Positions 1 through 10,722 of a stretch of 64,000 nt of DNA are shown here, piece by piece. The number at the start of each line of letters is the position of its first letter. Within the stretch, counting starts at the first letter, position 1. The translations under genes and the position numbers were made by a program. Below the pieces are notes generated by a model. The model worked only from the letters and a program-made list of their open reading frames with translations, had not been told where the DNA came from and made no database searches. Source of the stretch: Bdellovibrio sp. (GTDB lineage: Bacteria; Bdellovibrionota; Bdellovibrionia; Bdellovibrionales; Bdellovibrionaceae); NCBI GenBank assembly GCA_036676395.1, contig JAKFCY010000002.1, positions 1,216,001-1,280,000 of the forward strand, given 5' to 3'.

Positions 1-1
1 T

Positions 2-736
2 TTAATCCAAGGCCGCGGAAAAACTGCAATTGAAGACTTTTTTGATGTTAGCTATGAGCTTGAAGATAGATTAGTTAAAGAGGGCAAAGAAGAGATTTTA
101 AAACAAATTCAATATATTCGTAATAACACTAATATTATCTCAGTTCGCCAAAAAGCAGCGTTAGGCCTAGGACATGCTGTTCGTTGCGCTGAAAGCATTA
201 TTGGCGATGAAGCCTTCGCTGTTTTACTTGGCGATGAAATCACAATTTCAAAAGAACAAAAATATAATATTACCCATCACTTAATTAAAAACTGTGAAGA
301 AAAACAAAACAGCGGTGTATGGGTTTTGCCAGTTGAACCAAATGAAACACATAAATACGGAATCGTTGATTTAACTTCGCAGCATAAGAATTCAAGTCAT
401 AATGATTTAATAGCAGGACTCAAGGTAAAGGGTGTAGTTGAAAAGCCTAAACCAGAAGTTGCTCCATCGCGCTGGGCGTTACCAGGCCGTTATGTATTTC
501 AGGCTGAAATTATGAAATACTTAAGTGATATTAAGCCTGGTTATAACGGCGAATTGCAGCTTTCAGATGCAATGAATTTGATGGCGCAAAAAACTGATTT
601 AATGGCTTATAGTTTTGAATCTCGTCGTTTTGATACAGGAGATAAATTAGGTTTTCTACAAGCGAATATCGAGCTTGCATTAGATCGTCCAGAGCTTAGA
701 GACGATCTTTTAAAGTTCATCAAAGGAAAAGTATAA
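2..736 (+). CDS. galU: UTP-glucose-1-phosphate uridylyltransferase, 5'-truncated by window edge
   Basis: Frame is open from base 2 (LIQGRGKTAIEDFFD...RQKAALGLGHAV...FAVLLGD), then VEKP, ELQLSDA and RFDTGDKLG motifs. The ORF track shows only the part from 326. Confidence 0.92.
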   Translation, partial: LIQGRGKTAIEDFFDVSYELEDRLVKEGKEEILKQIQYIRNNTNIISVRQKAALGLGHAVRCAESIIGDEAFAVLLGDEITISKEQKYNITHHLIKNCEEKQNSGVWVLPVEPNETHKYGIVDLTSQHKNSSHNDLIAGLKVKGVVEKPKPEVAPSRWALPGRYVFQAEIMKYLSDIKPGYNGELQLSDAMNLMAQKTDLMAYSFESRRFDTGDKLGFLQANIELALDRPELRDDLLKFIKGKV

Positions 737-738
737 AA

Positions 739-1350
739 ATGACCTCACTTAAAGATTTATTCAAAAAAGAAGCCACTGAGGCTTTGCAAAATATCCAAGC
801 GATTTTAGACAATGCGAAAATGCTTCAAAGTTTTGAAGAATCAGCGAACATGATCGCGCAAAGCTTAAAAGCGGGCGGTACGCTATATGTAGCGGGTAAT
901 GGTGGTTCAGCCGCAGATGCTCAGCACATGGTCGCAGAGCTAGTAGTGAAGTTAAATAAAAATCGAGATCCACTTCGTGCGGTTGCTTTAACTGTGGATA
1001 CATCAATTATTACAGCCGCTGGAAATGATTTTAGTTATGATGATATTTTCAGTCGCCAAGTTGAAGCCTTAGCTAGGCCAAATGATGTGTTCTTAGGAAT
1101 TACTACTTCAGGTAATTCTAAAAATATTTTGAATTGTTTTAATATTTGCAAAAAGATCGGTGCTAAGTCGATTTGTTTAACTGGTAAAGACGGCGGCAAA
1201 GCCGTTAAAGAAAATATGGCTGATCTAAATGTCGTTATGAATGGCCCTAATACGGCTCGTATTCAGGAAGGTCATGCTATTTGGTACCATACGATGTGCT
1301 ACGCGCTTGAGTTAATCCTGATTGAATCAGGTTCAATTCAGTATCGCTAA
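739..1350 (+). CDS. gmhA: D-sedoheptulose-7-phosphate isomerase (SIS domain)
   Basis: GNGGSAADAQH, GNDFSYDDIFSRQVEAL, TTSGNS and TARIQEGH motifs. Confidence 0.93.
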   Translation: MTSLKDLFKKEATEALQNIQAILDNAKMLQSFEESANMIAQSLKAGGTLYVAGNGGSAADAQHMVAELVVKLNKNRDPLRAVALTVDTSIITAAGNDFSYDDIFSRQVEALARPNDVFLGITTSGNSKNILNCFNICKKIGAKSICLTGKDGGKAVKENMADLNVVMNGPNTARIQEGHAIWYHTMCYALELILIESGSIQYR

Positions 1351-1404
1351 GAATGGCCATTGTGGAGATATTCGATTGATCAACGTGTAATGGGATTTGT
1401 TTGG

Positions 1405-2754
1405 ATGCGTTTTTTTGAGCTGTCTGAAAAAAAAATTAATTTCTACATTTTTTTATTGGCTTTTACTTTTGCAATAACGTGTATGTTTGTAGCACGGGAA
1501 ATTATTATTCCAAATATGGACTGGAACGGCATAGATGGGCACTTGGCAGGAGACCCACAACTTTATCATAAGGCTGCGGCACTTAAAGCCGAGGACATGA
1601 AGAAAAATGGACTCTTAAAATTTGAGTTACGTCCAGATAGCTCTGGCCCAGCAGGGGTAGCTAGTTTAATGTATTTATTTTTTGATTCTGTCGTTGGAGT
1701 CGTAATTTTAAATGCCTTACTTCATGCGCTAAGCGTTTTAATTTGCTATTTGATTCTATCTAACTGGTTTTTGCCGAAATACTCGCTGATAGGGGCCATG
1801 CCGTTATTATTTTCACCGTATTTTATGGTTTGGTTTTCGCAGATCAATAAAGACAGTTATGCCATCGCGGGTGCTTTATTGGTTATATATGGTAGTCTTG
1901 AGCTAATCAAGAAAGCGACTTTGGATTCAAATAAGCATAATTATTTATCAGGTGTTGTAATAATATCTTCTGGGGCTTTTTTGACTAGCTTAGTTAGGCC
2001 ATATATAAATCAAATTCATTTCGTATCGTTGCTGGTTATATTTTTAACTCCTCTTATATTTAGAAGAGTAAAAAAATGGAAAACATTTTTGTTGTCAGTA
2101 TTGTTAGTTTTATTCGTTGTAAGAGTGCAGTCTACTGGCGCGACATCAGATCAAACCATAGATAGCTTCAAAGAATTTATTCAGACTCCAGCACTTAATG
2201 CAAATGAAACTATCGTCGATAAGTGTTTTGCAAAAGTGAGTTCTGAAAATTGGCGAAATGATTTTTCTGTTGGCTATATAAATGAAAAAATAAAAGGAAT
2301 AGTTGGCCAGCGATGTAATATTTTTAGATTATTGTATACTCAAACGAATCCGAATACATTATTTTCGATTGTTGATTATGATATATTGCCAGGGTCGACA
2401 TCTGAAGCATTTGCGTATCTTCCACGCGCAGTAAGTCTTGGAGTTTTTGCGCCATGGCCAAATATGTGGTCGTACATTTTTACGAAAAGATTTTCAATAT
2501 TTTATATGATTGCACCAGTCGAGGCGCTAGTGCTGTATCTTGGTCTATGTTTTTTATTTTATTGGGTATTTAAGACGAAGCAGTTTTTAATTTTAGGTCC
2601 TGTATTTATGTCGTTCTCGGTCATGGGGATTTACGGTTTGTCGACTCCTTTTGTCGGGGTGCTGTATAGGTATCGATACTCATGGTGGATGTTGCTTATT
2701 GGTCTGGGTATAGGTGCTATACTTACTGTGCTACAAAAAAGAAAGATAGAGTAG
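1405..2754 (+). CDS. Polytopic membrane protein, putative Wzy-like polymerase / GT-C (start uncertain: 1360, 1390 or 1405)
   Basis: About 10 hydrophobic segments, a large soluble loop, KD and C-terminal YRYRY motifs; lies in a glycan locus. Confidence 0.5.
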   Translation: MRFFELSEKKINFYIFLLAFTFAITCMFVAREIIIPNMDWNGIDGHLAGDPQLYHKAAALKAEDMKKNGLLKFELRPDSSGPAGVASLMYLFFDSVVGVVILNALLHALSVLICYLILSNWFLPKYSLIGAMPLLFSPYFMVWFSQINKDSYAIAGALLVIYGSLELIKKATLDSNKHNYLSGVVIISSGAFLTSLVRPYINQIHFVSLLVIFLTPLIFRRVKKWKTFLLSVLLVLFVVRVQSTGATSDQTIDSFKEFIQTPALNANETIVDKCFAKVSSENWRNDFSVGYINEKIKGIVGQRCNIFRLLYTQTNPNTLFSIVDYDILPGSTSEAFAYLPRAVSLGVFAPWPNMWSYIFTKRFSIFYMIAPVEALVLYLGLCFLFYWVFKTKQFLILGPVFMSFSVMGIYGLSTPFVGVLYRYRYSWWMLLIGLGIGAILTVLQKRKIE

Positions 2755-2850
2755 TCTTGGGCTGTGGTTACCTCAGAAAATTAAAACGTTTCCATTAGTT
2801 ATATTTTGTGCTGATAATATCCTGTAGTGATTAGAAGGTAGGATTTAAAG

Positions 2851-3480
2851 ATGAGTTCAATCGCAATTTTTGGGGCTGGGGGGCATGCAAAAGTTATAGT
2901 TGATATTGCTGAGCAAGCTGGTATTAAAATCTTTGGTATTTTTGATGATAACTCGAATGCACCTAAGAGTGTATTGTCATACTCTGTTCTGGGTGGCGCT
3001 GAAGAGTTAATTAAAGCGCATGCTGAAAATCCTGATTTAGTTGTTGTTATTGCTATTGGCAACAATACTGCGCGTAAAAGAGTAGTTGATAGCTTCTCTC
3101 AAAAAAAAATTCGCTTTGCGACGTTGATCCATCCAAGTGCTATAATCAGTAAGCACAGTCAAATTGCTGAAGGTGCCGTGGTGATGGCGGGTGTTGTGGT
3201 AAACGCCTCAACTGATGTTGGTGCGCATACCATTCTAAATACCCGATGTTCAGTTGATCATGACTGCAAAATTGGAAGCTTTGTTCATGTTGCTCCGGGC
3301 GCAACATTGTGTGGAAATGTCAAAGTAGACGAGGGTGCACTTGTGGGTGTGGGAGGGCAAATCGCTCCTAATATATCCATAGGATCATGGAGTGTAATCG
3401 GTGCTGGTTCTACGGTGATAAATAATATTTCATGTAATCTCACTGTAGTAGGTTCGCCAGCCCGAATACCTAATAAGTAA
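2851..3480 (+). CDS. pglD: PglD/NeuD-family sugar acetyltransferase
   Basis: IFGAGGHAKV, IAIGNN, IHPSA, VDHDC and hexapeptide repeats ending GSPAR. Confidence 0.85.
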   Translation: MSSIAIFGAGGHAKVIVDIAEQAGIKIFGIFDDNSNAPKSVLSYSVLGGAEELIKAHAENPDLVVVIAIGNNTARKRVVDSFSQKKIRFATLIHPSAIISKHSQIAEGAVVMAGVVVNASTDVGAHTILNTRCSVDHDCKIGSFVHVAPGATLCGNVKVDEGALVGVGGQIAPNISIGSWSVIGAGSTVINNISCNLTVVGSPARIPNK

Positions 3481-4324
3481 TCTTCGTATTGTTAGTAGAG
3501 TTTTTAGATTTCAAGTCGATTAGAACGAAAATCTTTAATTTCTGAATCAGCTTTTTTAATGATAGTTTTAAAAAGTACCCAATTATATATAGCAATAACG
3601 ATGGCGACGTTTTTAGAAAAAACAGGCTAAGTTTAAATAGGTCGTTCAAGTTTATAGTCGCGGAGTCATTGAAATCGTGCTGACGGTAGTACATTAGCGG
3701 TTGAGCGAACCAATAAATAGGACCGAATCTAATCAATTTTACCAAAAAAGAGGCATCTGAATATTTACCTCCATCACATGTCGCGAGGTTGCTATCTTTA
3801 AGTTTGGCGGTTCTATAAATGTAAGATGGAAATGGAGGGTGACTTAATCTTCGGAAGAGATATCTTTTTATCAACTGTGACTGACTAGTTATCACTAAGT
3901 CATATTTGATGTGTGTACTTAAGAGTCTATTTGTATTTGTGCTATTTTTGATGATTAAGGCATTGCATCCCACAGCGACAAGATCGTAGTTACTCGTCAG
4001 CAGCCGCATCATTTCAGAAATAGCTCGCGGCATAAGTACATCATCATCATGAAATAACATTGCAAATTCATACTGCTTTACTTCTTCTAGAATTAGATTG
4101 AAGTGATCAAGTGTAGGCATGCTGGGTAATCTCTTAACGATCTTTATTTGGCTATATTTTTGCTGAGAATTTAGAAAATCAACGATAGAATTGTCTGGTG
4201 AGTTTTCAGAGATAATCACGTCAAACGACTCATAGTCTTGAGTAATGACGGACTCTAGTGAATCTAAAAGATATTCAGGTCTCCGATAGCTTAGAATGTA
4301 AACAACGAGTTTTTTCTTATACAT
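3470..4324 (-). CDS. Glycosyltransferase family 2
   Basis: SYRRPEYL, IISENS, FHDDD (DxD) and YYRQH; paralog of 24570..25364. Confidence 0.85.
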   Translation of the reverse strand: MYKKKLVVYILSYRRPEYLLDSLESVITQDYESFDVIISENSPDNSIVDFLNSQQKYSQIKIVKRLPSMPTLDHFNLILEEVKQYEFAMLFHDDDVLMPRAISEMMRLLTSNYDLVAVGCNALIIKNSTNTNRLLSTHIKYDLVITSQSQLIKRYLFRRLSHPPFPSYIYRTAKLKDSNLATCDGGKYSDASFLVKLIRFGPIYWFAQPLMYYRQHDFNDSATINLNDLFKLSLFFLKTSPSLLLYIIGYFLKLSLKKLIQKLKIFVLIDLKSKNSTNNTKITY

Positions 4325-4389
4325 TTACTTTATATAAATATCGCATTAATATTGTTTTTGTAAGCAAATTGACTATTTGGAATGGTTAA

Positions 4390-5520
4390 ATGTCGAAAAA
4401 AAAGAAAATCTGTTTGGTCACGACGAGTTTGTTAATAGTGAAGTCGTTTCTAAAGCCTCATCTCCATGCTTTAGCGGAACAATATGATATCACTTTAGTG
4501 GTCAATATTGATGACAAAACGTGGGTCGACCAACAAAATTTACCTATTAAATTTGTTCATGTGCCTATTCAGCGAAAAATTAGTCTTTTATACGATTTTT
4601 ATGTTCTGATGTTTTTAATAATCTTTTTTATTAAAGAGCGATTTTCTATAGTACACTCTGTGGCGCCGAAGGCGGGATTACTTTCGATGCTTGCTGCTCG
4701 TATCGCGGGAGTGTCTTCTCGTCTTCATCATTTTCAAGGTGAAGTTTGGTTATCAAAAAAAGGATTTTTTAGATGTCTTCTAAAATTCTTAGATACTGTT
4801 ACGGGGGCGCTTGCGAGCCACATTTTGGTCGTGAGTGACTCAGAACGAAAATTTTTAATTTCAGAAGGTGTAATCTCTAAAAGTAAATCTACGGTTTTGG
4901 GGCAGGGCTCGATTTGTGGTGTGGACTTAAAAAGATTTAAACCTAGCATTGAAGAAAGAACAAAACTTCGTTCTTCAATGGGGATCAACAATGAAGATAT
5001 CATTATTTTGTATATAGGCAGACTTAATCAAGACAAAGGATTGTACGAATTATCTGAAGCTTTTGAGCATTTACGTAACGTAAAGGAATTTAATATTCAT
5101 TTGGTGATCGTAGGGCTTGATGAGGAAGACATTATCTCTTCGCTTAAGTTAGATCAGCGCGATAAAATTCATTTGTTTGATTTTACGTCATCACCTGAAA
5201 AATTTATGGCAGCAGCTGATATTTTGGTGCTGCCAAGCCATCGAGAAGGTTTTGGTCTGGTTATTATTGAGGCGGCTGCAGTTGGTATTCCTGCCGTTGC
5301 ATCAAATATTATTGGTATAGTGGATGCCATTGAAAATGAAGTGACAGGATTGTTATTCGAAGCGCGGAATGTGGAAGCTATGGTCAAAGCATTGAGCCGA
5401 CTTATTTACGATCCAAGTTTGAGAAAAAGCTTGGCCGAGCAAGCAAGGCGGCGATGTACCGATTATTTTTCACAAGAACAAAGTATTGCAGCGACACTAC
5501 AATACTATAAAAGTTTATAG
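4390..5520 (+). CDS. Glycosyltransferase family 4 (PglA/CapM-like)
   Basis: HSVAPKAG, IGRLNQDKG and LPSHREGFGLVIIEA (EX7E). Confidence 0.88.
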   Translation: MSKKKKICLVTTSLLIVKSFLKPHLHALAEQYDITLVVNIDDKTWVDQQNLPIKFVHVPIQRKISLLYDFYVLMFLIIFFIKERFSIVHSVAPKAGLLSMLAARIAGVSSRLHHFQGEVWLSKKGFFRCLLKFLDTVTGALASHILVVSDSERKFLISEGVISKSKSTVLGQGSICGVDLKRFKPSIEERTKLRSSMGINNEDIIILYIGRLNQDKGLYELSEAFEHLRNVKEFNIHLVIVGLDEEDIISSLKLDQRDKIHLFDFTSSPEKFMAAADILVLPSHREGFGLVIIEAAAVGIPAVASNIIGIVDAIENEVTGLLFEARNVEAMVKALSRLIYDPSLRKSLAEQARRRCTDYFSQEQSIAATLQYYKSL

Positions 5521-5530
5521 GAGAATATTT

Positions 5531-6736
5531 ATGTTAGCTTTACACGGTGGAGAGCCAGTAAGAACACAAAAATTGGCACCTTGGCCATTTTTTGCTCCAG
5601 ATGAAGTTGATGCAGCAAAAGACGTTTTAATTTCTGGAAAAGTGAATTATTGGACTGGCGCTATCACCAAACAGTTTGAAGCTGAATTTGCAGCTTATCA
5701 TAGTAGGAAATATGGCATAGCTGTATCTAATGGAACTTTAGCTTTAGAGTTGGCATTGTTTGGACTAGATGTCGGCCCCGGGGATGAAGTTATCACGACT
5801 TGCAAAACATTTATTGCCTCTGCTAGCTGTGTTGTGCAAAGAGGAGCTACACCAATTATTGCTGATATAGACTCTGTTTCTCAAAATATGACTGTTCAAA
5901 CGATTAAGCCACTCATCACATCAAAAACAAAAGCTATTATTGTCGTTCATTTGGGTGGCTATCCTTGTGATATGCCAAGCATTATGAAATTGGCTAAGGA
6001 ACATAAGCTTTTTGTAATCGAAGACTGTGCTCAAGCACATGGAGCTAAAATCAACGGCCAAATCGTCGGATCTTTCGGAGATGTCGCTGCGTTTTCTTTT
6101 TGTCAGGACAAAATTATGACAACGGGTGGTGAGGGTGGCGTTATCGTACTCGATGACGAAAACATATTCAAAAAAATGTGGTCTTTTAAGGATCATGGAA
6201 AGTCTTACGATCTAGCTCATCAAAAAACTAAAGGTTTTGAATTTCGCTACATCCACAATGATTTTGGTTCTAATTGGCGTTTCACTGAATTTCAATCGGC
6301 TATTGCATTAAAGCAATTAGCAAAGCTTGAAGGTTGGGTAAATAAACGACGTGAATTAGCTTTTACGATTACAGAAGGTCTTGAATTATTAGAAAATTTT
6401 AAATTTTATCATGCGCCAAAAAATATTTATCACTGTTACTACCGACTTTATGGTTTTCTAGATACATTGAAGTTCAAAAAAGACTGGAACAAAAGTCTTT
6501 TTATCGAAGCTATCAATGCTGAAGGTACGCCATGCATGGTGGGCTCTTGCTCAGAAATTTATTTAGAAGAAGCGTTTAAGAAAAACAAATTGGGTCCGAA
6601 AGAACGTTTACCAATAGCTAAACAACTTTCAGAATCAAGCGTGGCCTTCCTTGTTCATCCAACATTAGATTTGCAATATGCAAATGATGTAGTGAAAGCT
6701 GTTCGAAAAGTTTACGCGCAGGCATTTGAGTCTTAA
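5531..6736 (+). CDS. DegT/DnrJ/EryC1/StrS sugar aminotransferase (PglE-like)
   Basis: [17 protein letters not shown] and [16 protein letters not shown] with the PLP lysine retained; ATG 5531 follows GGAG. Confidence 0.88.
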   Translation: MLALHGGEPVRTQKLAPWPFFAPDEVDAAKDVLISGKVNYWTGAITKQFEAEFAAYHSRKYGIAVSNGTLALELALFGLDVGPGDEVITTCKTFIASASCVVQRGATPIIADIDSVSQNMTVQTIKPLITSKTKAIIVVHLGGYPCDMPSIMKLAKEHKLFVIEDCAQAHGAKINGQIVGSFGDVAAFSFCQDKIMTTGGEGGVIVLDDENIFKKMWSFKDHGKSYDLAHQKTKGFEFRYIHNDFGSNWRFTEFQSAIALKQLAKLEGWVNKRRELAFTITEGLELLENFKFYHAPKNIYHCYYRLYGFLDTLKFKKDWNKSLFIEAINAEGTPCMVGSCSEIYLEEAFKKNKLGPKERLPIAKQLSESSVAFLVHPTLDLQYANDVVKAVRKVYAQAFES

Positions 6737-7332
6737 GATCCTTTAAATTTTTCCATAGTTTCTTGTGCTCCAGAATTTACCTGTGAGCGCTTAAGAACTT
6801 TAACTGCGGTCAAATATAGAATTTTGAAATCTAAAAATATACTCCAGTTATCGACGTACCAAATATCTAGTGCGAACTTTTTCTCCCAGCTAATGGCATT
6901 ACGGCCATTTACTTGCGCCCAGCCGGTGATACCTGGCTTAACTAGATGGCGACGTTGTTGATCTGAGTTATAAAGCGATAAGTACTCAACTAGCAGTGGG
7001 CGCGGTCCGACAAGACTAAGTTCGCCTCGTAAAACATTAAAAAGCTGTGGGAGTTCGTCTAGTGAAGTTTTTCGCATAAAGCTTCCGACTTTGGTCATGC
7101 GTTGAAAATCGGTCAAACCTTCTATGGTTTGGCGGCGCATAGTTCTGAATTTGTAAATTTTGAAAATTTTACCGTTTAAGCCGGGACGATCCTGAGTGAA
7201 TAAGATTGGGCGTCCATCTATCAATAAAATGCAAAGACTGCAGAGTAGGATTAAAGGGCTAAACATAACTAGCAGGATTAGTGCCGTTGAAAAATCGAAG
7301 ATATTTTTGATCAAATGTTGAAAGTTATTCAT
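6733..7332 (-). CDS. pglC: PglC-type monotopic phosphoglycosyl transferase (initiating)
   Basis: [28 protein letters not shown] and [14 protein letters not shown]. Confidence 0.9.
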   Translation of the reverse strand: MNNFQHLIKNIFDFSTALILLVMFSPLILLCSLCILLIDGRPILFTQDRPGLNGKIFKIYKFRTMRRQTIEGLTDFQRMTKVGSFMRKTSLDELPQLFNVLRGELSLVGPRPLLVEYLSLYNSDQQRRHLVKPGITGWAQVNGRNAISWEKKFALDIWYVDNWSIFLDFKILYLTAVKVLKRSQVNSGAQETMEKFKGS

Positions 7333-7492
7333 ATCGCGAATTATTTAACTTTTTTTGCGAGGGGCCAGCGGTGATAGTTCCTGAAAAAACGTTGATCATC
7401 TTTAGTATTTTACATTTAAGATCGAGTCGCGTGCAAAGATAAAGAAAGTTAAACTAGCTTGTGTGTTATCATCATTTAATGTAGAAAAAGGC

Positions 7493-9394
7493 ATGAGTAT
7501 ATATTTAGCAAAATTAGCCTATTTACCACGCAGAACAAAGATCATTGTGATGATGTTGGCAGATCTAGCTTTGCTTCCCTTGGCCTTATGGTCTTCTATT
7601 GCTCTTAGATTAGGAACTTTCAATCCGTATGTCTTTGATTATTGGTGGTTATTTTTAATTGTTCCTATTTGTACCGTGCCATTTTTTATTCGCCTAGGAC
7701 TATATCGTTCGGTTATTCGATTTTTAGATATTGAAATTATCAAGACTGTTTTTTATGGCGTAACATTATCGACCTTAACGCTAGTAGCGGTGTTATTAAT
7801 GACTCGTGCGGTAACATTTCCACGTTCATCGATTCTTATCTATTGGGTTATTTCAAGCGGATATATAGCCTTTAGCAGATACTTTGCAAGGGGTGTTTTG
7901 CGGTCGATTGAAAGAAAGCAAAAACGACGACAAAAGGTAGCCATTTATGGAGCTGGGCGTGCAGGCCTGCAAACAGCATTAGCGCTGATGTCTGGCCCCG
8001 AGTATTCACCGGTATTGTTTTTTGATGATAATCCTGAAATGCATGGCGCCCTGGTGGCGGGTATTCGAGTACACGATCCAGCACTCGCCCTTGAGATTAT
8101 GGACCGCGTAGATTGTTATCAGTTGTTATTGGCGCTACCATCGGCATCGCGAGTTCGCAAAAAAGAAATTATTAACAAATTTGAAGGCCAAAGCATTCAG
8201 TTAAAAACAATTCCGGGTCTTGGCGAATTAGTTACTGGAACGGTCATGATCGATGATATTCGCGAAGTCGGTGTTGAGGACTTGTTAGGGCGTGATCCAG
8301 TTCCGCCTTTTCAAGATTTAATCACTAGCTGTATTACCAATAAATCAGTTTTAGTCACGGGTGCTGGTGGTTCGATTGGATCAGAGTTGTGTCGCCAGAT
8401 TTTACTTAACAATCCGACAAAAATTATTCTCTACGAACGTTCTGAATACGCGCTTTATAAAATTGAACAAGAGCTCAAGAGAACCTTTATTGGTTCTGAA
8501 ACCGAAATTGTTCACGTCTTGGGTGACATTCAAGATCAGGCCTATCTTGAAAGTATTTTGGCGCAGTATCAGGTCGAAACAGTCTACCATGCGGCGGCCT
8601 ATAAGCATGTGCCACTGGTTGAGCGCAATATTGTTTCAAGTGTACAAAATAACGTCTTTGGAACTCTAAAAGTAGCACTGGCGTCAAAGCAGCAAAAGGT
8701 AAAAACTTGCGTGCTGATTTCAACTGACAAAGCTGTTCGTCCAACTAACGTAATGGGAGCTACAAAAAGATTAGCCGAGCTACTTTTGCAAGCCATGGCA
8801 AATGAAAAATCATCTACGCTGTATTGTATGGTTCGCTTCGGAAATGTTTTGGGTTCATCTGGTTCAGTTGTACCGCTATTTAAAGACCAAATTAAAATTG
8901 GTGGTCCGATTACAGTTACACATCCCAGCGTAACTCGTTATTTTATGACTATCACAGAAGCATCGCAGTTAGTGATTCAAGCCGGAGCCATGGGTGTGGG
9001 CGGCGATGTATTTGTTCTTGATATGGGTGAGTCTGTAAAAATTTACGATTTAGCCAAAAAGATGATCGAATTAAGCGGTCTTGAAGTTTATGATAAAGTA
9101 ACCGGTAAAGGTGATATTGCCATTGAGTTTACAGGTCTTCGTGCTGGTGAAAAGCTTTATGAAGAATTGTTAATTGGTAATAACGTGAGTAAAACTAATC
9201 ACCCTCGCATTATGCGCGCACAAGAAGATTATATTAGTTGGCCAGAACTTGAGGCTTATCTAGCACGATTAAATACATACTGCGTGCATGGTGATAGTAT
9301 TGCGATTTACTCACTACTACAAGAGATCGTTAAAGAATTTAAATCTCCAAGTTATGAAGCATTGCCATCAGTTAAATCGACAACCGACCATTAA
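7493..9394 (+). CDS. pglF: Membrane-anchored UDP-GlcNAc 4,6-dehydratase (PglF/WbpM/CapD)
   Basis: N-terminal TM helices, EDLLGR, TGAGGSIGSE, HAAAYKHVP, STDKAVRPTNVMGATK, RFGNVLGSSGSV and GEKLYEEL. Confidence 0.92.
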   Translation: MSIYLAKLAYLPRRTKIIVMMLADLALLPLALWSSIALRLGTFNPYVFDYWWLFLIVPICTVPFFIRLGLYRSVIRFLDIEIIKTVFYGVTLSTLTLVAVLLMTRAVTFPRSSILIYWVISSGYIAFSRYFARGVLRSIERKQKRRQKVAIYGAGRAGLQTALALMSGPEYSPVLFFDDNPEMHGALVAGIRVHDPALALEIMDRVDCYQLLLALPSASRVRKKEIINKFEGQSIQLKTIPGLGELVTGTVMIDDIREVGVEDLLGRDPVPPFQDLITSCITNKSVLVTGAGGSIGSELCRQILLNNPTKIILYERSEYALYKIEQELKRTFIGSETEIVHVLGDIQDQAYLESILAQYQVETVYHAAAYKHVPLVERNIVSSVQNNVFGTLKVALASKQQKVKTCVLISTDKAVRPTNVMGATKRLAELLLQAMANEKSSTLYCMVRFGNVLGSSGSVVPLFKDQIKIGGPITVTHPSVTRYFMTITEASQLVIQAGAMGVGGDVFVLDMGESVKIYDLAKKMIELSGLEVYDKVTGKGDIAIEFTGLRAGEKLYEELLIGNNVSKTNHPRIMRAQEDYISWPELEAYLARLNTYCVHGDSIAIYSLLQEIVKEFKSPSYEALPSVKSTTDH

Positions 9395-9400
9395 TTTCAC

Positions 9401-10597
9401 CTAATGTATATGCAAATGCGCAGGACAATCTTCACTTAATGGTATTGTGATCTCTGGCAGAATGTTTTCAAGCAACAAGTCTTGAATTCGATCGCAAGCA
9501 CGGCCATCGCCAAACGGATTTTTTGCTTGGGCCATTTTTGTGTAAACATTTTCGTTGTCTAAAAGTTCAACTACCGTTGCTATAAATAATTCCTTCTGCA
9601 GCGGTACTAGTTTTGAAGTACCAGCGGCGATTGCTTCTGGGCGCTCGGTGTTTTCTCGAGCGATTAATACTGGTTTTCCGAGCGATGGAGCCTCTTCCTG
9701 AATGCCACCAGAGTCCGTAATAATAAAGTGGGCTTTATTCATTAAATAAACAAACGGAATATAATCAACCGGTTCGACTAAGTGGATATTCGCTGGGCAG
9801 TTAGAGAAAATATCTGCAGCTAACTTTCGAACTTCGGGATTTAGATGCAGCGGTATAACAAACTGAATATCACTGCGCTTGGCTAGCTCGAGTATGCTCA
9901 GCATGATGATTTTTATATTTTTTTCGAAAGATTCTCTGCGATGAAGAGTTACGAGAATTAGTTTTTTTGACATATCTAAAAAGCCAAATTGTGTTTGAAA
10001 GCTTTGGCTAAGTTCTGATGAATTTTCAATGCGATTTTTAACTTCAAATAAAGCATCAATTCCGGTGTTGCCAGTCACAAAAATTTTACTGTCGTCAGTA
10101 TGTTCGTGTAAAAGATTCTGCTTGGCTTCAATCGTTGGTGCTAAGTGCATATGTGTTATTAAAGACAAGGTTTTGCGATTGAATTCTTCTGGAAAGGGCG
10201 ACTGAATATCATGCGAGCGAAGGCCTGCTTCTAAGTGAATAATTTTAATTTTATTATAAAAAGCGACCATACCGCCGATGCAGCTGCTGGTGGTGTCGCC
10301 TTGAACGATGATGCTATCTATAGGTTTATTAGTCTGCTTTTGGATGTCGATGATATCCTGAACGCCAGCCATCACTCGCGTTGAAAGTGATGACAAGCTT
10401 TGGCCGGGTCTCATCAAGTCTAAATCAAAATCAGGTGTGATCTTGAAAAAATTTAGTAGTGGCTTAAGCATCTCTCGATGTTGGCCGGTAGAGCAGACTA
10501 AAACATTGTGTTGTAATGACTGCTTTAGTTTTAAGATGAGTGGGGCAACTTTAATAGCTTCTGGGCGAGTACCAAAAATAAATAAAAGTGTTTTCAT
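9401..10597 (-). CDS. wecB: UDP-N-acetylglucosamine 2-epimerase (non-hydrolysing)
   Basis: FGTRPEAIK, TGQHREML, QGDTTS, HLEAGLRS, PFPEEFNR and TDSGGIQEEAPSLGKP. Confidence 0.93.
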   Translation of the reverse strand: MKTLLFIFGTRPEAIKVAPLILKLKQSLQHNVLVCSTGQHREMLKPLLNFFKITPDFDLDLMRPGQSLSSLSTRVMAGVQDIIDIQKQTNKPIDSIIVQGDTTSSCIGGMVAFYNKIKIIHLEAGLRSHDIQSPFPEEFNRKTLSLITHMHLAPTIEAKQNLLHEHTDDSKIFVTGNTGIDALFEVKNRIENSSELSQSFQTQFGFLDMSKKLILVTLHRRESFEKNIKIIMLSILELAKRSDIQFVIPLHLNPEVRKLAADIFSNCPANIHLVEPVDYIPFVYLMNKAHFIITDSGGIQEEAPSLGKPVLIARENTERPEAIAAGTSKLVPLQKELFIATVVELLDNENVYTKMAQAKNPFGDGRACDRIQDLLLENILPEITIPLSEDCPAHLHIH

Positions 10598-10722
10598 GAA
10601 AATAAACACTAGTGAATGAAACAGATCTAATCAAAAATATATTCTAAAGCGGGAAATTTGCTCTTTAACTGCGGCGAGATGACTCGCGAAATGTACCGTT
10701 ACGCTACGGGGCAATAGCCTTG

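Noticed and set aside
10640..10722. GC-richer intergenic stretch with a small GCGAG/CTCGC hairpin
   Set aside because: The stem is short, has no U-tract and is not repeated elsewhere in the window.
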